Below are positions 11,255 to 22,017 of a DNA stretch of 64,000 nt, in pieces. The DNA is from Candidatus Heimdallarchaeum endolithica (GTDB taxonomy: Archaea > Asgardarchaeota > Heimdallarchaeia > Heimdallarchaeales > Heimdallarchaeaceae): positions 960,001 through 1,024,000 of the forward strand of contig CP084167.1 in NCBI GenBank assembly GCA_021513715.1. The letters run 5' to 3'. The notes beneath the pieces were generated by a model. It was not told the origin of the DNA. It worked only from the letters and a program-made list of their open reading frames with translations, and made no database searches. Within the stretch, counting starts at the first letter, position 1; each line of letters begins with the position of its first letter. The position numbers and the translations under genes are program-made.

Positions 11255-12307
11255 CTATTCAACCATATCCCATGTAATTAAACTATCTTTTGGAATATCT
11301 TTTGATGCTTTTTTACCAATTATAAGTTCAATATTTTTTGGTTCCATACCAAAACCTGGTCTTCGAATAGATATATTATCATAAGTAAAATATTCACCTT
11401 TACTAATATCCATTGAAGAAGTAAGACTTTTTCTCGCTACTTTTGATATTTCTAATTCAGACGGAATGGGTTTTTTTATTCCACTTCCTAATGCTTGTTC
11501 TGCTAAACGAACAGCTTCAACCATTTCTTTAAATTCATGAAGGTCTAAAGATGCTTTATGATCCGGGCCTTCCATTGATTTATCAAGTGTAAGGTGTTTT
11601 TCTACAACTACACTATCTAAAGCAACACTCATAACTGGAATAATATAACCCGGGGAATGATCAGAGATTCCAGTTAAATGACCAAAAGTCTTACGAAGAG
11701 TATCAATAGACTTCAAATTATAATCTTCTACTCTTGCAGGATAATTAGACACACAATGAAGAAGAATAATCTTGCTATTTCTTTCACTGTAAAAACAATT
11801 CAAAGCATATTCGATATCACATAAATTTGCCATTCCTGTTGACATAATTATTGGTTTTCCAGTTTTTGCTACTTGCTTAAGAAGTGGGGGATTAATTATT
11901 TCTCCAGAAGGGATTTTATAGGCACTAACATTAAGTTGAGATAGGAATTTTGCGCTTTCTACATCAAAAGGAGAAGAAAGGAAAATGATTCCTTTTTCAT
12001 CACAGTATTCCTTTAAATACTCGAAATCAGAGAAAGAAAGCTCATATTTTTTTAATAATTTGAATTGATCTTCTATTTTCGCAGCTTCAACCTTTTGATA
12101 TTTAGCTAAAGGTGCATCCTTTATAACTAAATTTTCAGTTTTATAGGTTTGAAACTTAACAGCATCTGCTCCACTTTTTTTTGCTTCATTAATTAGTTTT
12201 GTAGCAATGTCTAAATCTCCATTGTGATTGATCCCTGCTTCTGCTATAATAAAAACTTGTCCAGATTTTAATTCTTTATTTTCAATTTTTATGGGTTGTA
12301 TAACCAT
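11255..12307 (-). CDS. neuB: Nonulosonic acid synthase (NeuB/LegI) with SAF domain
   Basis: IIAEAGINHNG, ADAVKFQ, LLHCVSNYP, SDHS, EKHLTLDK, GPDH, RKSL...RPG.G. Confidence 0.94.
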   Translation of the reverse strand: MVIQPIKIENKELKSGQVFIIAEAGINHNGDLDIATKLINEAKKSGADAVKFQTYKTENLVIKDAPLAKYQKVEAAKIEDQFKLLKKYELSFSDFEYLKEYCDEKGIIFLSSPFDVESAKFLSQLNVSAYKIPSGEIINPPLLKQVAKTGKPIIMSTGMANLCDIEYALNCFYSERNSKIILLHCVSNYPARVEDYNLKSIDTLRKTFGHLTGISDHSPGYIIPVMSVALDSVVVEKHLTLDKSMEGPDHKASLDLHEFKEMVEAVRLAEQALGSGIKKPIPSELEISKVARKSLTSSMDISKGEYFTYDNISIRRPGFGMEPKNIELIIGKKASKDIPKDSLITWDMVE

Positions 12308-12389
12308 AGGAATTAGTAACATTTTAACTTCATAATTATTTTGGTATATTGAAGAAAAGACATAAAAAGTAAAATAAAACTGTATCTTT

Positions 12390-13532
12390 ATGCAAATATG
12401 CGTTTTTACATGTTCACGCTCCGAATATTCTCTTCTATTTCCAATAATGAAAGAAATTGAAAAAAGCGAAAGTCTTTCTTTACAATTAGCAATAACAGGG
12501 ACTCACTTATTGCCTGAATTCGGAATGTCAAAGAATATAATTCAAGAAAATGGGTTTAATATCGATTTAGAAATACAAGTACCTCAATATGAAGATACGC
12601 TAGAATTCCAAACTGAAGTCGCAAGTTCTGTTTTAAAGAAACTTGGAGAAAACTTAAAGAAATTTAAGACTGACATACTTTTAGTTTTAGGAGATAGATA
12701 TGAAGTACTTCCTGCTGTTTATGCAGCATTTTTGTTGAATATACCTATAGCTCATATTCATGGTGGAGATCTTTCTGGAAATATCGATAACTCAATAAGA
12801 TTTGCTATATCAAGGCTTTCTCATATCCATTTTTGTGCAACAGAATTAAGCGCTAACAGATTAAGAAAAATTGGAGAAGAAGAATGGAGAATATATGTTG
12901 TTGGAAGTCCATCAATTGACAATGTTAAAAACGTTCCAATGGAAGAAAACAAAATCAGAAAAAAATATGGTATTCCATTAGATAAAGAGTTTCTTTTAGT
13001 AGTCTTACACCCAGAAACGGGAGGAGAGGCAAAACCTCAAGAAAATTTTGTTAAAATTGCTCTGGATGCAATAAAAGAATTAAAACAAGAAACAGTATTC
13101 ATATACCCTAATTACGATTATGGAAGTTCACAAATTACAAATGAAATAAAGAAACTAGAAAAAGTTGAGTGGTTTCACATTTTGAAGAATGTCCCACACA
13201 CAGATTATATAAATCTCTTAAGGTCTTGTTTCTTATTGGTGGGAAATTCAAGTAGTGGGATTATTGAAGCTTCAGCAATAAAAAAACCAGTCATAAATTT
13301 AGGAAATAGACAAGATGGAAGAGAAAGAGCAGGAAATGTTATTGATTTACCTTTTGATAAAGATATAATAGTTAAAACAATTAAAAAACTGCAAAAAGAC
13401 AAAAATAGTTATTTGAAATATACAAACACTAAAAATATTTACGGAAAAGGAAATTCCGCGCAAAAAATTGTAAAAATCTTGGAAAGTATAAAAGTAAATC
13501 AAAAATTATTAAAAAAACACATAATATTATAA
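12390..13532 (+). CDS. neuC: Hydrolysing UDP-GlcNAc 2-epimerase (NeuC/LegG)
   Basis: RSEY, LGDRYE, HIHGGD, HP, GNSSSGIIEA, GNRQDGR. Confidence 0.92.
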   Translation: MQICVFTCSRSEYSLLFPIMKEIEKSESLSLQLAITGTHLLPEFGMSKNIIQENGFNIDLEIQVPQYEDTLEFQTEVASSVLKKLGENLKKFKTDILLVLGDRYEVLPAVYAAFLLNIPIAHIHGGDLSGNIDNSIRFAISRLSHIHFCATELSANRLRKIGEEEWRIYVVGSPSIDNVKNVPMEENKIRKKYGIPLDKEFLLVVLHPETGGEAKPQENFVKIALDAIKELKQETVFIYPNYDYGSSQITNEIKKLEKVEWFHILKNVPHTDYINLLRSCFLLVGNSSSGIIEASAIKKPVINLGNRQDGRERAGNVIDLPFDKDIIVKTIKKLQKDKNSYLKYTNTKNIYGKGNSAQKIVKILESIKVNQKLLKKHIIL

Positions 13533-14981
13533 ACTATAATGCAAATCAATAATTTCATAGATTTTTTTCTTTATATTCTCAATTGAATCGCTCTCAAAAA
13601 AGTAATTGTAATCAATCTTTTTTTCTAAAGGATTATTTATTTGTTCTTTTAAATCCGCTAAATTAGTGATTTTTTGAGCAAAACCTTGTTCAATTAGATT
13701 TTCAACATGTTCTATTCCTGGAGAATCTAACAAAAAAACCTTCAATCCGAAATTTAAACCCTCGTAAATAGCTGTTGAATATACACCTACTAAAATTTTT
13801 GATTCAGCAAAAAGCTGATAAAGATTTTTTTCTTGACTGATAATTTCTATTTTACTATTTTTCAAATGAGGATAAAGTTCTGCCCATTTCTTACTTTCTC
13901 TTGGGTGAAGTTTGTATACTATATGATAGTCAATTGAATTATCTTTACTTAATTCTATTGCAAGTTTAGAAAGCTTTTCTCCAACTGTTATTTGAGAGAT
14001 AAATAAAATTTGATTTTTCTTTTGTATATTACTATAAAATTCCTTTTTTTTCTCTAGTTCAGGAAAACCTACAGAAATAATTTTATTTTGTTCAATTGGA
14101 AATTTCACGCTTTTTTTCCAATAATCTCCAAAAACGAAAAGATAATCTGGAAAAGTATATTTTCTAGCACCTTTACTCTCAAAAGAGTAACCTAAGTGGT
14201 ATTTAGATATCACACCATGTTGAAGCTCTATTACTGGAATATTTTTTATTTTGCAAGCTTCAATAAAATCTTCTTTACCATAACTGCAAATAATCAAAAC
14301 AACTTTGGGTTTTATCCTTTCTAAAACTTTTATAAATAGTGGGAGAATACGCGCTCTTATGGATAATCTTACTTCTACTTTTGATCTAATATCAATTTTT
14401 GACCCAAATTTTTTATAAATTTCGTCTGATAGAAAGTTAAGATATTCCACTTCATCGTTGTTGAGTTTTACTTTTCCAATTCCAAATAGTTTCTTTAATT
14501 TAACTAAAAAGTAAACAAAAGAAAAATATCTGATATTTTTTGTTTTAGGGGGTTTATAATAAAAAAGAGTATTATCACCTTCTAGTGTCAGTGTTGAATA
14601 TTTCAAATCATTTGAGAAATGATCCGTGTAAATATCCCACCATTTTCCATCTGGTTGAATTTTTCTTCTTGGATGACTAATAATAACAATATCGTGTTCT
14701 TTAGCCAAGAAAGGATTTTGTTTAAAAGATATAATAGATAACAAGTAATTTTTTAACTTAGTAAGGTAATTTCGTAAAATAGTAGAAGTGGAAAGTTTCT
14801 TGCCTTGAGCAACATCTACATTAGTTACTGTATTATCTTCAAGAATTAAACGATAGACAGTGAATCGAATTCTCTCCCAAACTAAAACTCCTTGGATCTT
14901 TTTTTTAAATAAGTTATTCTCTTCTTCAAACGTAACTAGATCAGAGTAAAGTTGTTTAATATTAAAATTCTCTCTTGACAT
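13527..14981 (-). CDS. Putative GT-B glycosyltransferase, candidate nonulosonate transferase
   Basis: IELQHG, FGDYW, LFISQ, YKLHPRE, STAIYEG; adjacent to the neu genes. Confidence 0.55.
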   Translation of the reverse strand: MSRENFNIKQLYSDLVTFEEENNLFKKKIQGVLVWERIRFTVYRLILEDNTVTNVDVAQGKKLSTSTILRNYLTKLKNYLLSIISFKQNPFLAKEHDIVIISHPRRKIQPDGKWWDIYTDHFSNDLKYSTLTLEGDNTLFYYKPPKTKNIRYFSFVYFLVKLKKLFGIGKVKLNNDEVEYLNFLSDEIYKKFGSKIDIRSKVEVRLSIRARILPLFIKVLERIKPKVVLIICSYGKEDFIEACKIKNIPVIELQHGVISKYHLGYSFESKGARKYTFPDYLFVFGDYWKKSVKFPIEQNKIISVGFPELEKKKEFYSNIQKKNQILFISQITVGEKLSKLAIELSKDNSIDYHIVYKLHPRESKKWAELYPHLKNSKIEIISQEKNLYQLFAESKILVGVYSTAIYEGLNFGLKVFLLDSPGIEHVENLIEQGFAQKITNLADLKEQINNPLEKKIDYNYFFESDSIENIKKKIYEIIDLHYSL

Positions 14982-15093
14982 AGGGTTCTATGATTGTTTT
15001 AATTCTTTACTTTTAAATTTTTCAAATTGGCAAGTTTTTCTTTAGATAGTTTTAAAAAGTCATTATATTGTTTTTCATTACTTGGTGCAATAG

Positions 15094-16650
15094 ATGAAGT
15101 TAAAGAGAGAGAACTCGTTAATAAATCAAGGAAGATCATCAAAATTTTTGATTGTTTTCATTTTAACTTTTGTCGTTGCAAAAGGATTTGGAATTGCTTT
15201 TACAAAAATTTTTACCAATGTTTTAGACCAGAATGAAATGGGACAATATCAAGTAGTTATTTCAGCAATTTCTTTAATACTTTCTTTTTCTGCAATTGGT
15301 TTCCCAACAGCTTTAAATCGATACGCAATTAGATACAAAACTAAAAATCAAATAAAAGAATTAAAAGATTTTATTTTTTCAGGTTTTATAATATTCATTA
15401 TCCTAGAATTTCTTATACTTGTCACTTTATTAATTCTTTATTACTCTTTTAGTATTAAACCTTGGTTCTTACAAGTAGAATTTTATGTTAAAACGCTATT
15501 TCTTATAGCAATTGTTGTTTTAACTCAATTTATAAACACAATGTGTTATGTTATTTCATCATCTTTGCAAAACAGTAAATATTACGGAATTATCATGGTA
15601 ATGAGAATATTATTACAGATTCCATTCGGAATGTTATTTGTTCTAAAATATGACCTAGGGCCTTTTGGTTTAATTTTTGGTTTAGCGGTATCTGAGTCAT
15701 TAGTAGCAGTTTATAGTATGTTTATAATTATAAGTGACATCGGAATTGGAAAATTCTCTTTTAAAGAATTGAAAAAAATACTTGAATTCTCACTTCCAGT
15801 ATACGTAAACGGATTTTTAATGATGGGATTCAATCTAATCATTTTAATTTATGTCATATATGTTGATCCAATAAATGGAAATAATACTATCGCATTGTAC
15901 AACTACGGAGCATTATCAGTGGTCAACTTAATTTTACTTGCAGGAAACGTTTTTAGGATGGTTTATCGCCCTATTGTTTACAAATATTATGAAAGAAACC
16001 AATATAATGAAATGATTGAACTAACTGTTAGGGTTCTTAAGATATTTTTAATTCTGATATTTTTTCTTTCTATTTTCATCTTTGCTTTCTCCCCCCTTCT
16101 TATACAGTTTTTCACTCAATCCTCTTATTTACCTAGTTTAGTTGCAATTCCTATATTACTCATATCAGTTATTTTTACTTATCTTCCAAACATAATCTCT
16201 TATGGACATTCACTATACTTTAAGAATTATTGGAATTTAATTGCAAGCTTAATAAGTCTACTTTTAGCATCACTTATAGGTTATTTTATAATCCCAAAAA
16301 ATGGTTTATTAGGAATAAGTTTTGCTTACTTGACATTAAGAGTTTTTTACTTCATTGGATTAACAATAATTTCACAACAGTATTTTAGAATAAAATATGA
16401 TATTAAACTCATTTCAAAGATAATATTAGCTATAATTTTATCAATACTAATAGGAATCGTTCTATACTTGTTTGCCTTCAGTTTTTTGGGTATATATACA
16501 AACATCATTATCTCATTTAGCATCTCAGGCATTGGATTTGTTGCAATCATATTTTTATCAAAAATTATAACTAAAGACGATTTTCAATTTTTAAAGAACA
16601 TTTTCGATGTTTATATACAAGCGATAAAAAGCAGAATTAATTCAAAATAA
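15094..16650 (+). CDS. Wzx/MOP-family flippase
   Basis: ~14 hydrophobic segments; 'EMGQY', 'GLLGISFA'. Confidence 0.8.
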   Translation: MKLKRENSLINQGRSSKFLIVFILTFVVAKGFGIAFTKIFTNVLDQNEMGQYQVVISAISLILSFSAIGFPTALNRYAIRYKTKNQIKELKDFIFSGFIIFIILEFLILVTLLILYYSFSIKPWFLQVEFYVKTLFLIAIVVLTQFINTMCYVISSSLQNSKYYGIIMVMRILLQIPFGMLFVLKYDLGPFGLIFGLAVSESLVAVYSMFIIISDIGIGKFSFKELKKILEFSLPVYVNGFLMMGFNLIILIYVIYVDPINGNNTIALYNYGALSVVNLILLAGNVFRMVYRPIVYKYYERNQYNEMIELTVRVLKIFLILIFFLSIFIFAFSPLLIQFFTQSSYLPSLVAIPILLISVIFTYLPNIISYGHSLYFKNYWNLIASLISLLLASLIGYFIIPKNGLLGISFAYLTLRVFYFIGLTIISQQYFRIKYDIKLISKIILAIILSILIGIVLYLFAFSFLGIYTNIIISFSISGIGFVAIIFLSKIITKDDFQFLKNIFDVYIQAIKSRINSK

Positions 16651-16760
16651 CAGAACAGCACATATCAAAATTGTTAGATCCTTCATTCATTACAGAAAAT
16701 AATAATTAGATATAACATAAATAAGTAGAATTTAAAAGTAGTACATTTTTTTTTATTATA

Positions 16761-17744
16761 ATGGAATTCAAAAACAGATACATTAAATACGTCCATAGGA
16801 AATTTATTAAACCACTAACAATTGAAGAAAAGGATTTTATTTCATCCCAAAGTAGTAATTTTTTCCTTAGTGGTATATCAGGAAGAACCGGTACAACATG
16901 GGTGATGAGGCTAATCGGAGATTTGTTAAATCACCTCAACTATACTTCCATTGGTGAGTCTGGTTTTTTTGTATTTGGTCAATTTAGGAATGCACCTGTA
17001 GAATATTTTCAAATTACACCAGGAACAGAAAAAAATAAAACAGCATATCTTAATTTTTTCTACAAATTTGTTTCAAAATGGGCTTATGACAGAAGAAAGA
17101 TCTATAAAGGAGGTTTACAAGGACTAAAAATTTTTGTTCCTAAAAAAGCTATAAAGATGTCATTTGAAAACCTAAAAAAAGAACTAGAAAAAAAAGAGAC
17201 ACTTGATGAAATATATCAGTGTTTTGGAAATTTTTACTCAAACATTCTAAATTACCACTCATTGTTACAAAATAATTCTCTACGATGGATAAGTAAAGAA
17301 CCAGGATACGCTAGGCATGCAGATGATTTATATCGACTAATTCCAAAAAGTAAAAATGTTGTTTTAGTACGAGAAGGTAGAGATGTTGCTCTATCAATGA
17401 AAAATAGAGGATGGGAAGATGCAAATCTTAAAAGATGTATATTAAGATGGAAAACTTTCACAGAAATGTCATTATCAGCAATAGAAAAAGTTCCAAGTGA
17501 AAATATTAAACTTGTCAAATATGAAGAACTGGTAGATAACTTTCAAGAAATGACTTTAGAAATATTAGAATTCTACGGATTTAAACCAGATGAAATTATA
17601 GAAGAAAAACTCAATGATGAGAATTATAGATTTAAACCTCTTAAAGGAAATTATGGAAAGTGGAAAGAAATCTATACAAGTGATGAGAAAAAGTTCTTTG
17701 AAGATTCTTGCAGCACAATCATGGAAAAACTAAATTATCTTTAA
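16761..17744 (+). CDS. PAPS-dependent sulfotransferase
   Basis: 5'-PSB GISGRTGTTW, SKEP, 3'-PB VREGRDVALS, KYEELV, GKWK. Confidence 0.85.
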   Translation: MEFKNRYIKYVHRKFIKPLTIEEKDFISSQSSNFFLSGISGRTGTTWVMRLIGDLLNHLNYTSIGESGFFVFGQFRNAPVEYFQITPGTEKNKTAYLNFFYKFVSKWAYDRRKIYKGGLQGLKIFVPKKAIKMSFENLKKELEKKETLDEIYQCFGNFYSNILNYHSLLQNNSLRWISKEPGYARHADDLYRLIPKSKNVVLVREGRDVALSMKNRGWEDANLKRCILRWKTFTEMSLSAIEKVPSENIKLVKYEELVDNFQEMTLEILEFYGFKPDEIIEEKLNDENYRFKPLKGNYGKWKEIYTSDEKKFFEDSCSTIMEKLNYL

Positions 17745-17824
17745 ACCTAAAATATAGATACTTTTTCTTTACTTATCTTTCACCCTTTCCAAACATATTT
17801 AAAAAATAAAAAAAAAAAAGAGAT

Positions 17825-18910
17825 ATGAAAGTTTTAATGCTAGCAAGCTGCTTTCCAACTGAAAAAGAACCATATTTATGTTTATTTCTTAAAGAACTAG
17901 AAGAACAGTTAGTAAATTATGTTCCAGAGCATTTTGTAATAAGCCTTCATGGGTACAATAAACTAAAATTGTTTAAAAGATTATTAGAAATTAAAAAATT
18001 TAATAAGGAGCATAATATTAACATTATTCACGCTCAGTTTGGTTATTCTGCAGGTTTCTATGGATCATTAATAAAGAGAAAAAAACAAGCATTTATTGTA
18101 ACTGTCCATCGATTTGAACTTTTTGAGAAAAGTAAAAGACCATTTGTTAATTTTGGGTTAAAAAGAGCAGATTTGATCATAGCTGTTAGTAATTATATTC
18201 GTAAAGAGATAATTAAACTTAATAGTAAACTAGCAAACAAAACAATTGTTTTACCTAACGGAGTAAATACAGAAAAATTTGCTAAAGAAGAGATACGATT
18301 AGTAAAAGAAAAACAAGAAATAAAAATAGGTACTTTGGCCCACCACAGCAAAAGAAAAGGAATTGATAAATTAATTAAAGCATTTAAGTTGTTAGAAGAA
18401 GAAAACAATAATGTTTCTTTACACATTGGAGGTAAAGGACCAGAAACAGATAACCTTAGGAAACTAGCAGAAGAAAAAGGAATAAAAAACATTCACTTTC
18501 ATGGAAGTTTATCAGAGGAAGAAAAAGTAAAATTCTATCAAATGCTAGATATTTTCGTCTTATCTTCTGATTCTGAAGGACATCCAGTTGCTCTACTTGA
18601 ATCAATGTGTGTAGGAGTTTGTCCTGTAGTTTCAAATATTCCATCAATAGAAAATACAGTAATTGACAAAGAAAATGGAAGAATTTTTGAACTGGAAGAT
18701 ATAGATGAACTATCTTCAATTTTAAAAGAATTAACAGAGAATGTAGAAATGATTAACAAATACAAGATTAGTTCTCGAAAAAAAGTTCTAGAAGAATATG
18801 ACTTAAAAAAGAGAGCTGATAAATTAAGTCAGATTTACAAAAATATTTATGAAAAAAAAAGTTATTTCTTGAAGCGTTCAAATAACAATTCAGCAAAAAT
18901 ACGAGATTGA
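17825..18910 (+). CDS. GT4 glycosyltransferase
   Basis: PNGVN, RKGID, EGHPVALLESM. Confidence 0.92.
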   Translation: MKVLMLASCFPTEKEPYLCLFLKELEEQLVNYVPEHFVISLHGYNKLKLFKRLLEIKKFNKEHNINIIHAQFGYSAGFYGSLIKRKKQAFIVTVHRFELFEKSKRPFVNFGLKRADLIIAVSNYIRKEIIKLNSKLANKTIVLPNGVNTEKFAKEEIRLVKEKQEIKIGTLAHHSKRKGIDKLIKAFKLLEEENNNVSLHIGGKGPETDNLRKLAEEKGIKNIHFHGSLSEEEKVKFYQMLDIFVLSSDSEGHPVALLESMCVGVCPVVSNIPSIENTVIDKENGRIFELEDIDELSSILKELTENVEMINKYKISSRKKVLEEYDLKKRADKLSQIYKNIYEKKSYFLKRSNNNSAKIRD

Positions 18911-20109
18911 TTCTTTCTACTGAAAAAACTTAATTTTTCTCTATTACATCCATATTCTAACTTTCCTTTTTTCCATAAAGCCCACAGATTTTCTAATTTA
19001 GCAGAAATTTCATCTACTTTTTCAGTTACTTGAGAGAACTTCTGTTCTATTTTAAAACAAAGCTTGTCTATTTCTCCTTTTTCTCCCACTAAAAGAATAT
19101 GAGAATTTGCAGAAGCATAGTCATATACTTTGGTGTGCAACATATATTCTGTTTTTTTAGGAACAACGTCAATAACTATATGAGAACGGTCTATTGCATT
19201 AAATAACTCTTCTTTTGAAAGGTATCCCAGATCAGAGAAATAATCTAAACTAATATTTGCTCTCTTTAACATTCTTTTCAAAACTTTCCTTGAAGTATTT
19301 CCTGCATATTGAAATACTAGTTCATCACTATCTATTCTGTTTTCTTTAATAAATTTCCCTAAGCCAAAAAAGAAATGTTGCATTGTCTTTTTCTGTAGCA
19401 AATAAAAGTTCCCAAAATAAGAGATCACAAACTTGTTTTCACCTTTCTTAGAAAAAGTAGTTGGTATTGTATCCAAAGAAAATCCATTATAGACTATCTT
19501 AATGGAATCTAAGGGTATATCAATTGATTTTGAGATTAGCTTTGCGCACTCCTCTCCAACAGTAACAATTAAATCAGCACTTTCTGCTATTTTCTTCTCT
19601 ATTTTCTTTACTCTTCTTTTACCTAATGAAAAAGGAAATTTAATAAAAGGATTCCCACTCCAAGGATCGCGATAGTCAAGAACTAGTGGTACATTAAATT
19701 CTTTGGCTAATTTATATCCTATAATTATAGAAGAATATGGGGGAGCTGTAGCTATTATTGCATCCAGTTTTATATCAGATAGCTTTTCTTGAGCTTCTCT
19801 TAAAGCGGATTTTATCCATTGAAAATAAATATCAGGAAAAAATAATAATTGGTCAAGTTTAAATAATTCTAACAAAACTAAAATTTTTGTTTTGTAACCT
19901 ATTTCTCGAAGTTTAGGGCGCTTTGAGCATATTGGAGTAATAGAAGTTTTTGATGAAATGTCTTCATTATTAATGCAAACATTTCTATTACTTGTTAGTA
20001 AAAATACGTTCACATCATTTTCAGCAAGGTATTTACAAAAACTAGAAGGTCTTATTCTTCCTACAGCTTTATCGGGAGGATAAAAGTAAGAAACAAATAG
20101 CACATTCAT
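18862..20109 (-). CDS. GT4-like glycosyltransferase
   Basis: YFYPP, ATAPP, DYRDPW, NGF, TKVYDY. Confidence 0.85.
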   Translation of the reverse strand: MNVLFVSYFYPPDKAVGRIRPSSFCKYLAENDVNVFLLTSNRNVCINNEDISSKTSITPICSKRPKLREIGYKTKILVLLELFKLDQLLFFPDIYFQWIKSALREAQEKLSDIKLDAIIATAPPYSSIIIGYKLAKEFNVPLVLDYRDPWSGNPFIKFPFSLGKRRVKKIEKKIAESADLIVTVGEECAKLISKSIDIPLDSIKIVYNGFSLDTIPTTFSKKGENKFVISYFGNFYLLQKKTMQHFFFGLGKFIKENRIDSDELVFQYAGNTSRKVLKRMLKRANISLDYFSDLGYLSKEELFNAIDRSHIVIDVVPKKTEYMLHTKVYDYASANSHILLVGEKGEIDKLCFKIEQKFSQVTEKVDEISAKLENLWALWKKGKLEYGCNREKLSFFSRKNQSRIFAELLFERFKK

Positions 20110-20213
20110 AATACAACAAGAAATAATCATTTTATATCTTTTATCTTTACATTTTCTAAATAAACAGATGCTCTATATGATAAGTTTAAAAAGAGTGATA
20201 TTCTTTTGAATTT

Positions 20214-21293
20214 ATGATTCCAAGAACAACTGTAGACATTAGTGATGAAGAAAAAAATGCCATTAATAGAGTAATCGAAAGTGGTCAGTTTGTTAAGGGA
20301 AAAGAATGCGAAGAATTTGAAAAAGAGTTCAGTTCATATCAAGGAGTAAAATATGGGGCGGGAGTGAATTCTGGAACGTCAGCTCTTCATTTATCGTTAT
20401 TAGCTCTAGATTTAAAGCCGGGAGATGAAGTAATAACTGTCCCAAATACTTTTGCAGCTACTATCAATGCAATAATTATAGCAGGAGGAAAACCTGTTTT
20501 TATAGATATAGATCCAGAAACTTTTACAATTAATGTGGAAAAAATAGCAGAAAAAATAACAGAAAAAACAAAAGTAATTTTACCCGTACATCTTTATGGG
20601 TTAATGGCAGATATGAAACATATTAAAGATATTGCTGAAGACAATAATTTGTTGATTCTAGAAGATGCTTGTCAAGCTCATGGAGCAGAGATAGATGGAA
20701 AAAAAGCTGGACAATTTGGAGATTTAGCAGCATTCTCATTCTTTCCTACAAAAAATATAACTGTTGCTGGCGATGGAGGAATGGTTATTTCTAATAATGA
20801 AGAGCTTATCCAAAAAATAAAAGCATTAAGAGATCATGGTAGAATAAATAAAAAACATGTTATGGCAGGACTAAATAATAGAATGAGTGAAATATTAGCA
20901 GCTATAGGAAGAGAACATCTAAAAAAAATAGACAAATTCACACAACACAGGAGAAAAATAGCTGAATTGTATAAGAATAAATTAGAAGACATTGAACAGA
21001 TAACTTTGCCCATAGAACCGAGAAATTATAAACATGTTTATCATTTATACACAATAAGAGGAAATGATAGAGACGATTTGAAATCTTATCTATACTCCAA
21101 TAATATTGGTTCAAGTATAATGTACGCAGAACAGCTAAATAAGCTGGATTATGTTATTCAAGTTGCAGGAATACAAAACACTCCAATAAATGAGCAAATA
21201 AACAAAGAGATCTTATCTATACCAATCTCTGGAACACTTGATATAGATCTAGTAGAACAGACAATAGATACAATACTTAAGAGATACAACTAA
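20214..21293 (+). CDS. DegT-family aminotransferase (WbpE-like)
   Basis: NSGTSAL, PVHLYG, EDACQAHG, SFFPTKN. Confidence 0.9.
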   Translation: MIPRTTVDISDEEKNAINRVIESGQFVKGKECEEFEKEFSSYQGVKYGAGVNSGTSALHLSLLALDLKPGDEVITVPNTFAATINAIIIAGGKPVFIDIDPETFTINVEKIAEKITEKTKVILPVHLYGLMADMKHIKDIAEDNNLLILEDACQAHGAEIDGKKAGQFGDLAAFSFFPTKNITVAGDGGMVISNNEELIQKIKALRDHGRINKKHVMAGLNNRMSEILAAIGREHLKKIDKFTQHRRKIAELYKNKLEDIEQITLPIEPRNYKHVYHLYTIRGNDRDDLKSYLYSNNIGSSIMYAEQLNKLDYVIQVAGIQNTPINEQINKEILSIPISGTLDIDLVEQTIDTILKRYN

Positions 21294-21377
21294 ATAAATA
21301 TCACATTGAAAAATCTGAAAGTTCAACAACATGTTTAAAAAACAGACATTTTTTTTTGTTTTAGATTATATCAGAGA

Positions 21378-22013
21378 GTGTTAAACTTGTGGACAAAAGC
21401 TAGCGATTTTGTAAAGATAGGAGAAAATGTAGTTATAGGAGCATATTCTGTGCTTGGTGTAAAACCTAGGAGTGAACAGATTACAGATCTAATAATTGGG
21501 GATAACAGCATTATTCGTTCTCATTCAGTTTTATATACAAATACTAAAATCGGAGAAAAATTTCAAACAGGACACGGGGTTTTAATTAGAGAAAACAACA
21601 TAATTGGGAAAAATGTTAGTTTTGGTTCTCATAGCATTATTGAGAGAGATGCTTTTATAGGAAATAATGTAAGAATTCATTCAAATGTTTTTATTCCAGA
21701 ATATACTCACATTGAAGATAACGCGTGGATAGGACCCAATGTTGTTATAACTAATGCTTATCATCCATTGTGTAAAAAAGCTAAAGAATGTATGAAAGGA
21801 CCAACAATCAAGAAACATGCGATTATAGGCGCAAATACAACTATTTTACCATATGTAGTTATCGGAGAAAAAGCTTTTGTTGCAGCGGGTTCTGTTGTAA
21901 CAAGAGATGTACCTAACGGAAAAGTTGTAGCTGGAAATCCTGCAAAAATTATTAATAATACAAAAAATTTAGAATGTAAAACGGGAATCTTAGGAAAAAA
22001 TCCATACAGGTGA
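21378..22013 (+). CDS. Hexapeptide N-acetyltransferase (WbpD-like)
   Basis: Left-handed beta-helix repeats, IGPNVVITN, AGSVVTRDV, GNPAK. Confidence 0.88.
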   Translation: MLNLWTKASDFVKIGENVVIGAYSVLGVKPRSEQITDLIIGDNSIIRSHSVLYTNTKIGEKFQTGHGVLIRENNIIGKNVSFGSHSIIERDAFIGNNVRIHSNVFIPEYTHIEDNAWIGPNVVITNAYHPLCKKAKECMKGPTIKKHAIIGANTTILPYVVIGEKAFVAAGSVVTRDVPNGKVVAGNPAKIINNTKNLECKTGILGKNPYR

Positions 22014-22017
22014 ATTT

